A DNA stretch of 64,000 nt. Origin: Lama glama (taxonomy: Eukaryota). Numbering within the stretch: position 1 is the first letter of the stretch; the number at the start of each line of letters is the position of its first letter. The stretch spans positions 29,822,001-29,886,000 of the forward strand of contig CM052840.1 of the NCBI GenBank assembly GCA_028534125.1. The letters run 5' to 3'. The notes under the pieces are model-generated. The model made no database searches and was not told where the DNA came from. It was given only the letters and a program-made list of their open reading frames with translations. A program made the translations under genes and the position numbers. Positions 23,051 through 35,090 of the stretch are shown in pieces.

Positions 23051-25596
23051 GAGGCAGGGGTTGGGGAGGAGACATTGACACCCCACCACAGTGACCGCGC
23101 ACTGGTTCACAGGGAGCCTGGGGCCCTTGGGAGTGAGGGGGACAAACAGACAGTGGGAGGGACTGGAGCCCTGTGTGGGGAGGCAGAGCTGACGGCCTTT
23201 TCCCTTGCCTTTTCCTCCTGTCCTCACGCGGTTCCTCTGGAAGAGTTAGTACCGGGCTCGGTTGTCCCCGGTGCCTGTGCTGCAGAGTGTGCTGGGACGG
23301 CCCCTCGGACACCCTCGTGTTGCTTGGTCCCCTAAGCCTCTGCCGTCGCTGCCCCCTCTCTGGAGGGTGGGGAAACCCGCCTGTTTCTTCCTGCACCGAC
23401 CACAGCGCCCTTTGCCGAGGGCAGGAGTCCGGGCCCCAGCAGCCACAGGCCCAGCTCTCACGGGCAGTCAGACAGCCGGGAAGGTCCCCGAAACCAGCCT
23501 GCCGTCTGGAACCCAGCGGCTGGAGGCTGGGACATGGAAGAGTGCCTTTGGGAGTCCCCACCCCAGGATTCCGGGATTGTCACCCACAAAGCTGGCCTTC
23601 TGCCCAGATCTGTGGGTCCGTGTCTCCAGGGGGAGCTGGTAAAGCTGCCGCTGAGTCTCCTCCCGCCTCCCTCCTGGAGGGTGGGTAATTATTTTTATAG
23701 ATTGCTGCCCATTAAAACCCATGAAATGGCTTGGGGCGTGCTCAGGTGTCAGCCTTTGATGTACACAAAGGAAGCACTTTCTTTGCCTCCTGGGGTTCTG
23801 GCCCCTCCACCGGCTCTCCTGGCAGGCGGGGCGGGGCGGGGCCGGCGTCTGCACAGCCTGGCGAACCAGTTGGAATCACCTTCTTCCTGATACCCTCCCT
23901 CTGGTGTGCTGGCTGCGGCGGCGGGGCGGCATGAGAGGGAAAAGCTCTTACGAGGCAAGGCGGCGTGAATCAGAGCTAATGAAGTCACTTTCCTCTGTAA
24001 ACGCAGGTGCAGGCCTTCCCTGTGTGCAGAGAGCGCGGGAGGGGCTGCCCGGCTCTCAGCCGGAGCGGGCAGGGGACACACAGACTGCCCTAAGGCTCCT
24101 TCTGCCTTCACCCCCCACACTCGGCCCGGCAGGCAGCTCGGCTGGCTTCCTCTCTGCCCTCCACGCTCTCTGTCACCTTGGGACGCTCCCCTCCACCCCC
24201 AGGCACTTGGTTCCAACACCAGAGTTTTCCTTTCTGGACTTGGAAAGGTCAAGCCCTGGGGGGGTGGTGCCTGACAATGGGCTCCAGGGGTTGGGGGCTC
24301 GGACCTGAGGGATGCGACCCCATCGGACCTTGGCCACGATGTCCTCCTTGGGGGTGTCAGGGAGGCCAACCGGGGGCACTGGCCGTGGGGGTGGGGGTGG
24401 GGGTGAGGAACACCAAGTGGACCGGGGCAGGAGGGCAGCGGATGGGGCTTGGTGCCAGCCGCCCTCTTTGGCTCTGCCCTCTCCTTGTTCTGTGACCTTG
24501 ACCCTTTCCTCCTTGGTTGCGGGGTGCCCTTTCAGCTCCCACCCTGGAACTAGTGTCTCTCTCAGGCAGTCCTCTGAACAGCGCTGGGAACGCCCAGAAC
24601 TCCATCCAAACAAACAAAGGCACACAGGCTGAAAGCCCGCTGTGGGCAAGCTTCAGGGAGCGGCGCCCCCGGAGGCCTCCGGTCTCATCGGGAGGAAAGC
24701 TTGGTGACACTGTTCGGAGGTCCCATGTCGTCTTGGCCTTCCTCCCACTGAGACTGAGTGTCCTTCCCAACCCTCCACCATCCTGGCCCAGAGCTCCCTG
24801 CATTCCAAGTCTGTGTCCCATTGCCCGCAGTTTCTCTCAAAAAGCTATCCTCCATTAATTAAAAGTCTACCTAATAATATTTGCCAGGTTTCCAAACACA
24901 TTACAGGCAACTTCCACACTCTAAAGAAGGAATACTGTCCAAGGGGTAGAATTTGTCAACTTGACATGCTTGTGGGCCTCGGGGGTCGGGGGCCGGCAGC
25001 CCTAAGTCTCTGCGTGTGACATGGCTCGGGGACACAGGGACACAAGCCAGGGGAACGTGTCCCAAGAAGACATGAATCCTAGGAGGGCAGACCCACAGAG
25101 GGGCTGGAAGCCCCTCCCCCTTGCAGGCTGGGCCCGGAGTGCGGAAGGGGCTTTTCGAGGTCAGGAGCTCTGTCTCTGCAGGTTCAAGGCTCTCGCCAGC
25201 CTCCTGGCCCCCGGGAGCTGTCCTCCTCAAAGCCTGCGTGTTCAAGTTCAGGTCCACAAGCGATCTCCTCCCAGCCGCCTCCCTCCCCCAGCCCCACGTG
25301 CTGCTTTGATTGGCACCTCGTCCCCTTGTCCCCTTGGTAAAAATTCAGTGATTCCCCGAGGCCCAGGGCAGGCCTGTGCTACGTCCCAGTCCCCGATGAG
25401 CCGCTCCCACCTTCTGCTCTCGGGGCCTCACATGTAGACACAGCCTTGTTCTCTCACCCGCGCACACGCTGCATCCCTGTCTGTTGTTGCTTTATTCATC
25501 TTCCTCATAGAACGTGGGCCTCTCCGGGGCAGGAACCACATCTTGCTCCGTCCAGACCCCAAATAGCTGCACTGAGCCTGGCTCATGCCTTAGAGC

Positions 25597-25752
25597 CACG
25601 CTGTCCAGTGTGGTGGCCACTAGGCGCGGGTGGCCATTCAAATGGAATCAGCGTCAAGACTCAGCTCCTCGGCCACACTAGCCACCTTTCATGTGGCCAG
25701 GAGCCACGCACGGCTGGTGGCAGCAGCTCAGGGAGCCCTACTGGACGGTGCT
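25597..25752. mobile_element. MER3/MER33-like hAT-Charlie fossil
   Basis: CGCTGTCCAGT...TGGCCACTAG...TCAGCTCCTCGGCCACACTAGCCACCTTTCA...CTACTGGACGGTGCTG with inverted ends. Confidence 0.65.
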
Positions 25753-28700
25753 GCCTCGAGGAGACCAGAGGCGTCCTGCCCCAAGGGGATGGGGTGCAGG
25801 CTGGGGAGCCCTCAGCTGCCCAGACGGCACAGACATCAGTGCCAGGCACAGAGGAGCTAGGCTGGGGGGACCTCCTGTAACAGAGTCTGGGTCCAGTCCC
25901 TTGGACTAAGGCTGGGTGCAACTTCCAGTGCAAACACCCTGCCACTGCCCCAGGCTGTCAGCCCCCGAGGGCCCCGGCCGATTGCTCTCCACACAGACGG
26001 AAGGGCCTTCCAGGCCAAGCGTGGGGCTCAAGCCCGGTGAGGGGAAGCCTCGTGGGGTTGAGTGGTGGAGGAGCTCTGGCTCAGCGTCTCCCAGCTCCCC
26101 TCCCCACCCCACCAGTCACCATCCCAGGACGGAGAAAGAGGTCAGAGCTCAGAGGGAAGCGGGGACTCCCTCCCACGCACCTCCCGGAATCTGGGGTCTG
26201 GGGCGGAGGGGCAGCGCTGGTGGGATCCCACCCCCTGGTTCTGCGCAGTGTGGGGCATAAGGTGTGTGATGGGGTCCCTGGCCGACAGGCTCGGAAAACT
26301 GCTGTTTTCCTGGGCGCCTCCCACCTCCCCTGCCTGTCTCCTCCCCGCTCTCCTGGGCCTGCCTTCCGAGAGCCTCTCACAGGAGAACCTTTGACTTCCG
26401 CCCCTGCCCAGGCCTCTCGCCCTGACCCATCCCCACTGGCCTCACAGTGACCCACCTGCTGCCCTTTTCCGACGGGGACTGCCTCCCCGCCGGCCCCTCT
26501 CACCCACCTCCACAGCGGGCGACCCCCCCGCCCCCGTGCGTCTCCTGCCCCGGGGTTTGCTCTGCTGTTCCTTTTGCTTCTGCGCCTTCCCCTAGCCCTA
26601 CCTGCAGAAACCCCCTCCCCGAGAGCAGCTCGATGTCGCTTCCTCTGTGAGGCCTCCCTGGATTTCCCACAGGCAGAGGGCCGGTCCCAGTTCCAGAGTA
26701 TCTTCCACACACTCGACTGAAGTCAGCAGCTGTGGGTTTGAAGCCACAGGCTTTGGAGTCAGACCCTGGGCTTCACCTTGGAGCCGTTTCCTGCGGGCCG
26801 GGGGCAGTGCAGGCGTCCTAGTCCACGGCGCCGGGGTGGAGGTCAGACACGAGGTTTATGTCGAGCGCTAGCTCACCGCGAACGCCAGCTACGGTTTTGT
26901 GCTGTTTCATTAAATATAAAGAGTCTAAGAGCGCCTCCAGAGGGAACACGGGCTCTCCCCGCGGGAGAGCGGAGCTGAGCACGGCGCTGCCTGGCGGTGG
27001 GCGCTTGTGCTGAGTGGTCCCTGCGGTCCAGCGACCACATGCTTCCTTCCCTTTGGACTGAATTTAGTCCAGTCCGACTGCACTGAAGACAAAAGGAATG
27101 TCACTCGGGGCAGAACTGACAGTGACGTGTTGGGAGCACGTGGGGACCTGCTGGTCAGCGGGAGGTGCGCTACAGGCTTTGTGCAAACCCCAAGCAGGGT
27201 GAGCAGCCAGAGGGACCCCCGCTCCTCGGAGATGCAGGGCCCTCCGTGCAGAGGCTGGCAGTGGCGGGAGGCTGGGGCCCACTGCCTGCGGGCGGCCCGG
27301 GCGCGACCTCAGGGCTCAGCTGGTGCCAGCCTGCCCTGTGCTCCCTCAGGTGCCAGTCAGGGTAACTGTGTCCACAGTGGCCGATTGCTTTCATTTTTCT
27401 CCTTCAGTCTCCTCCCCTCCCCCACACCTGCCTCCCCCAGCCATAGCCAAGACGCCCCCTTCCCTGGCCCCTTCCCTCTCCTTCCTCTCCTGAAGGTGTG
27501 ATGCGTGCCCGCGTGTGCTAGGGCCAGGGGTCCCCAGGGAAAGAGGCCGCCAGGGTCTGGCCCAGGGCAGATGGTCCACAGCCTGGCACCAAACCCACAG
27601 GCCTTGTCCTCAGGGCCCCTCCCTGAACTCTTCCTGCCCTCGCGCCCATAGTCGGGGAGGCAGAGCAGAGACCCGGCCAGCACTTGGAGGGTTTCTGGCT
27701 CGAGAGAAGGGCCGGGTCTGCGAGTGCCCTGCCTCCAGCTCAGAAGGGTTAGGCTCCGCTGTTGCCCTCCTGAGAGTCTTAACCATTTTGAGCAAGGGCT
27801 TCCCACCTTCATTTTGTGTTGGGTCTTGAAAATTATATGGTGGGAGCATCTGCGAGGAGAGTCTGCGTGGAGGGCCGCTTTAAGGAGGCCAGAGGCAGCC
27901 AGGCTGAAGTGGGTGGGGGTCCGTCATAGGATGAGAGCAGCTGGCCCATCTCTGAACATTCGGCACCCTGCCCTCCTGTCCACTGCCAGGGAGGGACGCT
28001 CACATCCTCGGACTGGCGAGAGGCCCTCTCCTAGGATGAGGGGACCACACCACGGGAGGGGCCTGGGAGCGCCTTCTCTGATTGGAGGAGGCGGGATTGC
28101 TCCCTGGACTGGCCCTGGGGGGTCTCCTTCCTGCCACCTGTCCTCATGGACTTCAGGCCCTCTCTGCTTCTAAGGACCCTGTCCCACCACTGCCGTGTCC
28201 CCCTCGTCGTGTGGCTGGGAGCTGGGGGGCGCACTCGCGGAATGGATCAGGGACCCCGCCCTTTCTCCTAGCTGACCCTGAGGCCTCTGGGGGCACCGGC
28301 CTGAGGATTCAAGGTCAGCCTGTGCCACCTGCTGGGCTTGGGGCTTCACGTGTGGGATCCCTGTTGAACGGGTGCCTGCGTGGTGCCATGCGTGGTGAGG
28401 TGGCCGTCCACTGGGAGCCCCGAATCTGTCCCTCCGTAGTGCACTTGACTGAGGTCTGGTGGGATATAGGGTGGATTCGAGAAAGACACTCCAGGGAGGG
28501 TCTTTAGGTCAGTTTCATGCTCTGTGGGCTGTCAGGGGCCCCGGGCTCCAAAGGAGAACGTGCCTCCTTGGCCCAGAGACATGTGCACCTCTGTGTCGTC
28601 ATGCCCGTGTAGGGGAGCCAGGCTGGTGGGAGGGGCCGCCCCCCCCTCTGGGCACTGGGCTCACCTTCTCTGGGCCTCAGGCTCCTCAGATGAGGTGATG

Positions 28701-29799
28701 AGGCGGGGCCCCTTCAAGCTCAGGCACAAGAGCGTTCCGAGGTCACTGCTGCTCCGGGGCCACAGTCAGTGAGAAGGCCCTCGTCCCCCAACCTCTTCTG
28801 TGGCCACTTCTTCCCCGTTAGGGTCTCCTCCCCTTCACTCCGCCAGGGGGCCAGGTGCCGACTCCCCAGGAGTCCGGTGCTCCTTAGCCGGCCCTCCGAC
28901 CCCTGGAGCTTGGAGGGAAGGGGCCTCAGGCCTCCTTCCCTGTCTCCCCCCAGGGCGGGGGGAGTGCGAGATCCAGGGTTTGCTGCCTCCTGAGCCCGGG
29001 CAAGCCAGAACTGACCCGGACGTCCCTGCTCATCTGCCCGAGTACCCAGGGAAGAACTGAAACCAGACATCACTCCAGGAGCCCAGGCCCACGTGGGAGA
29101 GAGGAAAGGGCCGCTGACTTCATTCTAAAACGTGCTTGGTGTACTTGGCCTCTTCCTCCTGCCGAACCCGAGTCCGTGGTGGACTGGCTCCCCCGCCTGG
29201 GATGGGAGCTGCTCCGAGGCTCCCCCCGATGACAGGGGGACCCGGCCCACAAGCCCTCGCGGACGGGGTACCCTGGGAGCCTGACCCCTGACCCAGGGGT
29301 GAGGAGCTGCTCAGGAAGCACCCTGTCCTGCGGGGGCTGGGCAGAGACAGTAGAAGGGACCCAAGGATAGGGGCTCCTGGGGGCAGGAGAGACTCACAGA
29401 GGCGAGAGGGGCAGGGGAAGTAGGAGTCAGGGTGGCTCCATCGCCTCCCCCCATCCTCTCTGGACCCCTTGGGGAACGTACCTCCAAGGGCTGTCTGTCC
29501 TCTAGGTCAAAACCACCAGGAGGACCTGCAGCCGCTGGTTCCCCCTGAGCCCCAGGCTCCTCTGGGTGGCCTCCTGGTGCGAGGGACTGGGAGGCGGGAG
29601 GGCGGGCTTTGAGCCGTGCACTTCGCATTCAGCCTCCAGATGGTCTTGTCTCAGGGAGGAGGGGGTAGTTAAGCCACACAGCTCAGGAGACTACCCCCCA
29701 CAGCCCCACAGTTAGACGAGGGCTCTGTGCCTAGACCCATCTCGAGGCCAAGGCCACACTCGCAGGACCCCCAGGCTGAGAGCTACCACGTGACGTGCT

Positions 29800-29970
29800 G
29801 AGCCAACATATCAGAACGGTTATTCCCACCCCTCTGAAATTCCAGTGTAGCTGGGCGCTGTCCCAAGCGTTGCCTGGGACACACTTACACTAACAATTGC
29901 TCACCATTTATCTGCAATTCAAATTTAAATGGGCAGCGTGCATTTTTATTTGCTAAATCCAGCCATGCTG
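29800..29970. mobile_element. MER53-like hAT fossil
   Basis: TTTATCTGCAATTCAAATTTAAATGGGCAGCGTGCATTTTTATTTGCTAAATCCAGC resembles the MER53 3' end. Confidence 0.65.
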
Positions 29971-30887
29971 CCCTGGGTCCATGTCCCACCGCCAGCCCAC
30001 CTGCCCATGTGGAAAGTCATGCAAATTCTTCTCCCACTGCCGTCCCATGTCCTTCGTTTGCCAGTTTGCCAAATTTCCCCCTTTGGCACATCCCTGTCCC
30101 AGGAGCGCTGAGGTACGGGCGGGTCTCACTGAAGCTGAGCAGCAGTGGGGGCCCAGCCTGGCAGAAGAGGCCTCTGAGGCCCTCCAGTCTCTGGGCTGCA
30201 CCAAACGCAGGAGAGCAGGGCCATGGTGATGTGAGGAAGTAGGTACATGCGTGTGTAAGGGCACACATGTGTGCTTACTCTACACACACACATAGGCAGC
30301 TCCCAGACGCTGGTCACGGCCTCACTGGCTCCCAGGGCTCCTCAAGGAGGCACTCAGGTCCTTGCCCTCCTTGGGCCCCCAGGACCAGCGTCCCAGGTGG
30401 TGAGCACGTGGTCAGACACCTGGCTGGAACCCCAGCCCAGCAGCCCTGCAGCCTTGGGCCGCTCTGTGAAATGGAGCTGCTCAGACATCACGGCCAGGAT
30501 GCAGACCTCACACCTGGCGCTGACCTGACACGTGACGGGGCTCATCAGGGGATCAAGGTACCGCTGGTGTCATGGCGTCACTGGGGGCCACACCCAGCCC
30601 AGGGCTTCAGTGGGGGCACCACTGTCCTGGGTTCCCTCCAGGCCTCCAGCAGCTAAGCCGCCCCTCTCCCCATGAACTCATTCACTTGTTTACTCAAGAT
30701 CACTGCCGGGCACCGTCTGTGAACCACGCGGTGTGGGCGTGCCGGAGCCTGGGGCCTGGTGATAAAACCAGGAGCAAGGCCCCCAGCACAAGCCGGGCCC
30801 CAACCACCGAGGAAACGCTGCAGCCTCCCTCTCCCATCCAGCCGCCCAGCCACTGCACCGGAGCATCAGAAGCTCTGGAAGGCCTGG

Positions 30888-31055
30888 CTCAATGCTTCAG
30901 AGACATTAATGTGCTTGAGACTCAAGGCACCCCCCGGAAGTCAGGTTAGAATTCAGGCTCTGACTCCCTAAATCTGGGATGGGGCTGAGATAATGCCCTT
31001 CTAACGAGCTCCCAGGTGGTGGCGAGGCCGATGGTCCTGGACCATGTGCTCGAGG
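30888..31055. mobile_element. MER5A/B-like fossil
   Basis: TCTGGGATGGGGCTGAGA...TTCTAACGAGCTCCCAGGTG...GGTCCTGGACCA. Confidence 0.6.
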
Positions 31056-31269
31056 ACGCTTGATGCCTCTGGGGGTGGGGGTGGAGCCGGCGAGACGGGC
31101 TGGAGGACGCAGCCCAGGCCCCCCCGGTGGGCTGGGCACGCGGGTATGTGAGTGCTTGGGACTGTTGCTGCGGCAGTGCTGGGGTGTTCTGGGAGCACGC
31201 CAGGTCTGCACAGAGATCAGCGAGGCACATAAACACAGGAGGTGTGTGGAGTGTGCGGGTAACACAGGT

Positions 31270-31470
31270 AACAGTTAGAGACGTGTTCTCTGGAGCTGGA
31301 TTGCCTGGGTTGAATCCCAGCTTCACTGCTTACTACACATGGGACCTTGGGCGAGTTACTTAACCTCCTGCACCTCCCCATTCTCGTCTGCAAAACGTCA
31401 GCCTCATGGGCCATGAAAATGGAAGGACTTGATGTGTGTAGCGCCCGTGGAACACAGTAGTGCACACTGA
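31270..31470 (+). mobile_element. MIR SINE
   Basis: TCTGGAGCTGGATTGCCTGGGTTGAATCCCAGCTTCACTGCTTACTA...ACCTTGGGCGAGTTACTTAACCTC core. Confidence 0.8.
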
Positions 31471-33516
31471 GTAATCGTGGGCTCCAGTGTATGAGGAGGG
31501 ACCAAAATGAGGCTGGAAGTGGAGGATCAGGCCAGGCAGGGCCCTCCGGGGCCTGTGATGGGACTGTTCTGGGAGCCGAGGAGCCCAGGCATGCTTCAGG
31601 GGTGGGGGAGCCCAGGTGGAGGGCACTTCACGGGCAGGAAGGAGGCCGGGCTGGTGTCCTTCAAGCGCTGCTAAAAGGACTCCCAGAACTGCTGACGCTG
31701 GAGCCTGGCAGGCCAGCCCTACAACCGCCCAGGCCAGAGCAACGGGAGCACCCCCAGCAGGGGCCCTTTGGGGGACGGGATGTGGCCGCACCTTTCCGAC
31801 GCGATGGTTGTGCAGGCGCCTGTCTCTTCGCTGGTCTTCGGCCTCCAGCATGGCCCCTCTCCAGCACCAGGAATCCTGCTGCGTGTCCGCGTCCTTTGCT
31901 GGAAACCCTCGTGGCTCCGCGTTTCCCTGACAGCATTGCTCGCAGGCCCTGGCGCACCGGCTGCGCCTGCCCTTCTCCCCCGTGCTCCCCTCCCCTCCCC
32001 TTCCCGAAGCCCCGTTGGCCGCTTTCATCCCCCGCAATTGCCGTGTACTCCCTCTGCTGAGATCTACCCCCCACCCTGCCCTGCCACCCACCCCCCGGGG
32101 CCACCAGGCCCCCATGTGGCATCACTTTCTCCTGCAGCCTCCCCTGTGGTCACCCTGCTCTGTGACTATCAGTCCGACCCTCCCACTGAGTTGGAGCTCC
32201 GTGGGGAAGGGCAGGGCTCCGTCTCCTGCGCACCTGACGCTCATCCGGCACTTTTCACCCTGTCTGTGCGCAGAACATCAGGGCCTCGTGGAAACAGATT
32301 CCAGGCCCCGCCCGACTGCGGAAACAGACCGTCCACAGTGTTTCCACCTGTGGTCCCCAGGCGACCCCCGCCACATCAGCCATGAGGGTCTGGCGGCCGT
32401 TGGAGGCTGGGGACTGGAGGCACCGGCCCTTGCTGAAGGGATAGTGGCCTTTGGGTCGGGTTTATGTGGGTGGAGGCCTCTCCTCGTCGCAGCTGTCAGG
32501 CCCTGTCCTGGTCGGCTGCTCTCCCGCGACGCCTGCAGGTGGGCGCCTGCTGCTGGGATGGAAGGAGTCTCCCCTCCACCCCGACCCAGGCACACAGATT
32601 CTTCTTAAGGGTCCGGATTATGGGGCCCTCGGGCCTTTGCAAAGGAGGGCTGAGGTCTCCACGACACAGGTGCCATGTGCCGACCGTGTGGAAGAGCCAG
32701 GCCTCAGCACAAAGCCCCCTCAAGACAGCAAAGTGCAGGAGCAGACCCAGGGTCACAGGCCAGCTCGTCCCGTCCCGTGGGACCAGCCGCAAGGGGGTGG
32801 CTCAGCCCAGGTCCCTGACCAAGAGGCGTGGTGGGAAAGGGCGTCACTGCCTGGACTTACCTGTAAGAAGCCAGGGTGGGCTGTCTCCTGTCTTGCTGGG
32901 CTGCCAAGATCCTCTAGAACTCGCATCAGAAGTCCTCCCGCCACCTTGGACCCTCTGGTTGTGCCCAGACAGGGTCACCCCCCCGTCAGCCTACCTGCTC
33001 TGAGAAGCAGCCTCACCTGTGGCCATCAGCCAAGCAAGGAGCCCATCAAACAGCTGGGTCCCTGGGAAGTCGGGGAGCAGGGGCACCGGGGTTGGGTGGT
33101 GGGAGTGGCTTGCATCTTTGGGGAGGCATTTTCTTTTCCGTGCAGAGGGCAGGACCGTCCCTCTGTTGACGGTGGGAACATCTCTGTTGTCTGGCCCCGG
33201 AGTGGCGAGGCTCTGGAAGGATGGTGTCTCCCCGGGGCAGGGGAGCCACAGTTCAGAGGGGAGTATGGGGTGGGGAGACGTGTCCACACTGGGCTGCAGG
33301 TCCAAACTTGGGTCACCAATAGGAACAGATGGCTGACAGGGTCAAAGGAATCGTGGGGTGGGGTGGGGGCGCACCACAGGAGCTTGAGTAGGTGGGACAC
33401 TGGGTGCATGCTGGCCTTTGGTCCCGGGCACCTTGAAGGCCCTATGGGGTCCTGCCGGCCGGCCGGCCCTCAGTCTGCACCTGCCGGGACTCACCTCTCC
33501 ACCCTCTCTCCACCAG

Positions 33517-33732
33517 GCGCCTCGATGCCAACCTCATCTCCCTGGTCCCGGACGGGAGCTTCCGGGGGCTGCCCTCCCTCCGCCACCTGTGGCTGGACGA
33601 CAACGCGCTCACCGAGATCCCGGTCAGGGCCCTCAGCCACCTCCCCGGCCTGCAGGCCATGACGCTGGCCCTCAACCGCATTGCCCACGTCCCCGACCGC
33701 GCCTTCCAGAACCTCAGCAGCCTGGTGGTGCT
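33517..33732 (+). CDS. LGR6: LGR6 exon 5 (216 nt, three LRRs: [15 protein letters not shown]...[13 protein letters not shown]...[25 protein letters not shown])
   Basis: ctctccaccag acceptor, gtgagt donor; contains the R-spondin-contacting strands of the LGR4/5/6 family. Confidence 0.97.
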
Positions 33733-34990
33733 GTGAGTGCTGCCTCCACCCGTGGCTCTGCCCTCTCTGCGCTTCCCCTCATTCTCCCCAGGGCCGGGGA
33801 GGGGGTCTCCTGTTGACCCTCCCCACCAGAGGCCGGAGAACAGGAGTTAAGCTGCCACCCTCTGGGCTGGGACGTGCAAGTGCCATCGCCACACCGTGCC
33901 AGCTGGAGGGCACGTCGGGGCCTGGGATAAAGTCCTCCACATTTGGCGGTCAGGCATCGGGCCCTGTCTTACGCTCTGGCACAGGCACAGGATAAATTCA
34001 GCTCATTCCCAGGCCTGGAGGGGCGAGGAAAGCCACCATGTGCAGTTAGACGGCTGAGCCCCGTCAGGGTGATGAGCGGGGAGATGGCATTCCTGCCAGG
34101 AGTTGGAGACTGCGGTTAACTCTGCCCTCCGAGGGGAAGCGTGGGGTGCAGACTCGCTCCTGGCTCATTGCTGTGCGGGGCTGGTAGGTTCCCAGGGTAG
34201 TTACTAAGGGCTTGGTGGTCACTGGGAATTGCTTTGGGTTACATGCTAATTGCCGAGGGATGTGCCTGCTCGTGACTCTGCTAAAGTTGCCTCCTCTGCG
34301 CTTTGAAATCTGGTGTGATTCTCCAAACTGGGGGCTGGGGGCAGGGGTGATGCTTAGTTGCACCTGAGAGACAATAAAGCAGGCTCAGGTCTGTCTAATT
34401 CTGTCCTGGGAGACCTGAGAGGCTGGATGGACGTCCCTCTGGACCACGTCCTCCTGCCAGCATGGCCGAACCAGCCCTTCTTCTGGGCGGTGGGGTCTTG
34501 ACAGAGGGTAAGCAGAACAGAGTGGCTGATTCCAGCTTCAGCGACGCCCCTGCGACATCCTGCTGTTCGCTGTGAATAAACGGGGTCAGGTCTCCAAGGC
34601 AGGTCTCCTGGGAGAACAAGGGCCTCTCGACGGAGCCCTGGGGGCCATGCAGAGTCAAGGACCGGACACCCAGCCCACGTTGCAGGGTGACTGTGGGCAG
34701 GACGGCGCATGACTTGTGCCAAGGGAGCCAGATGCTGAGATGCGTCACGTGGGCTCTGGGGCTGCAGGAGCCAAGGGGGAGGCCGCCAGGGGAGGGTCCT
34801 GGGCCGGAAAGGTGAGGACAGGTGAGGGGAGGCTTCCAAGCAGCTGTCAGTAAAGACGGGGTCGGGTGGGGGGAGTTAGGGTGTCGCTGTCAGCGAGCAG
34901 TCCAGTTGGGGGAGGAAAGGCCGGGAAGGTGAGTTTGGGGCACATGATGTCTGAGCGGGGGTGGGCTTGTCTGCAGTGTGGGGGGAAGCC

Positions 34991-35090
34991 NNNNNNNNNN
35001 NNNNNNNNNNNNNNNNNNNNNNNNNNNNNNNNNNNNNNNNNNNNNNNNNNNNNNNNNNNNNNNNNNNNNNNNNNNNNNNNNNNNNNNNNN
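34991..35090. other. Assembly gap (100 N)
   Basis: run of exactly 100 n, a typical placeholder of unknown true size, in intron 5. Confidence 0.99.

Noticed and set aside
22502-23227. Repetitive PSVCLSIH / DGWMD ORFs
   Set aside because: Translations of the tetranucleotide microsatellite.
28840-28853. CTCF-like motif CCGCCAGGGGGCCA
   Set aside because: Imperfect match, and similar matches are frequent by chance at this GC content.
32451-33662. 403-aa ORF overlapping exon 5
   Set aside because: Non-ATG start, reads exon 5 in the wrong frame, and shows no domain.
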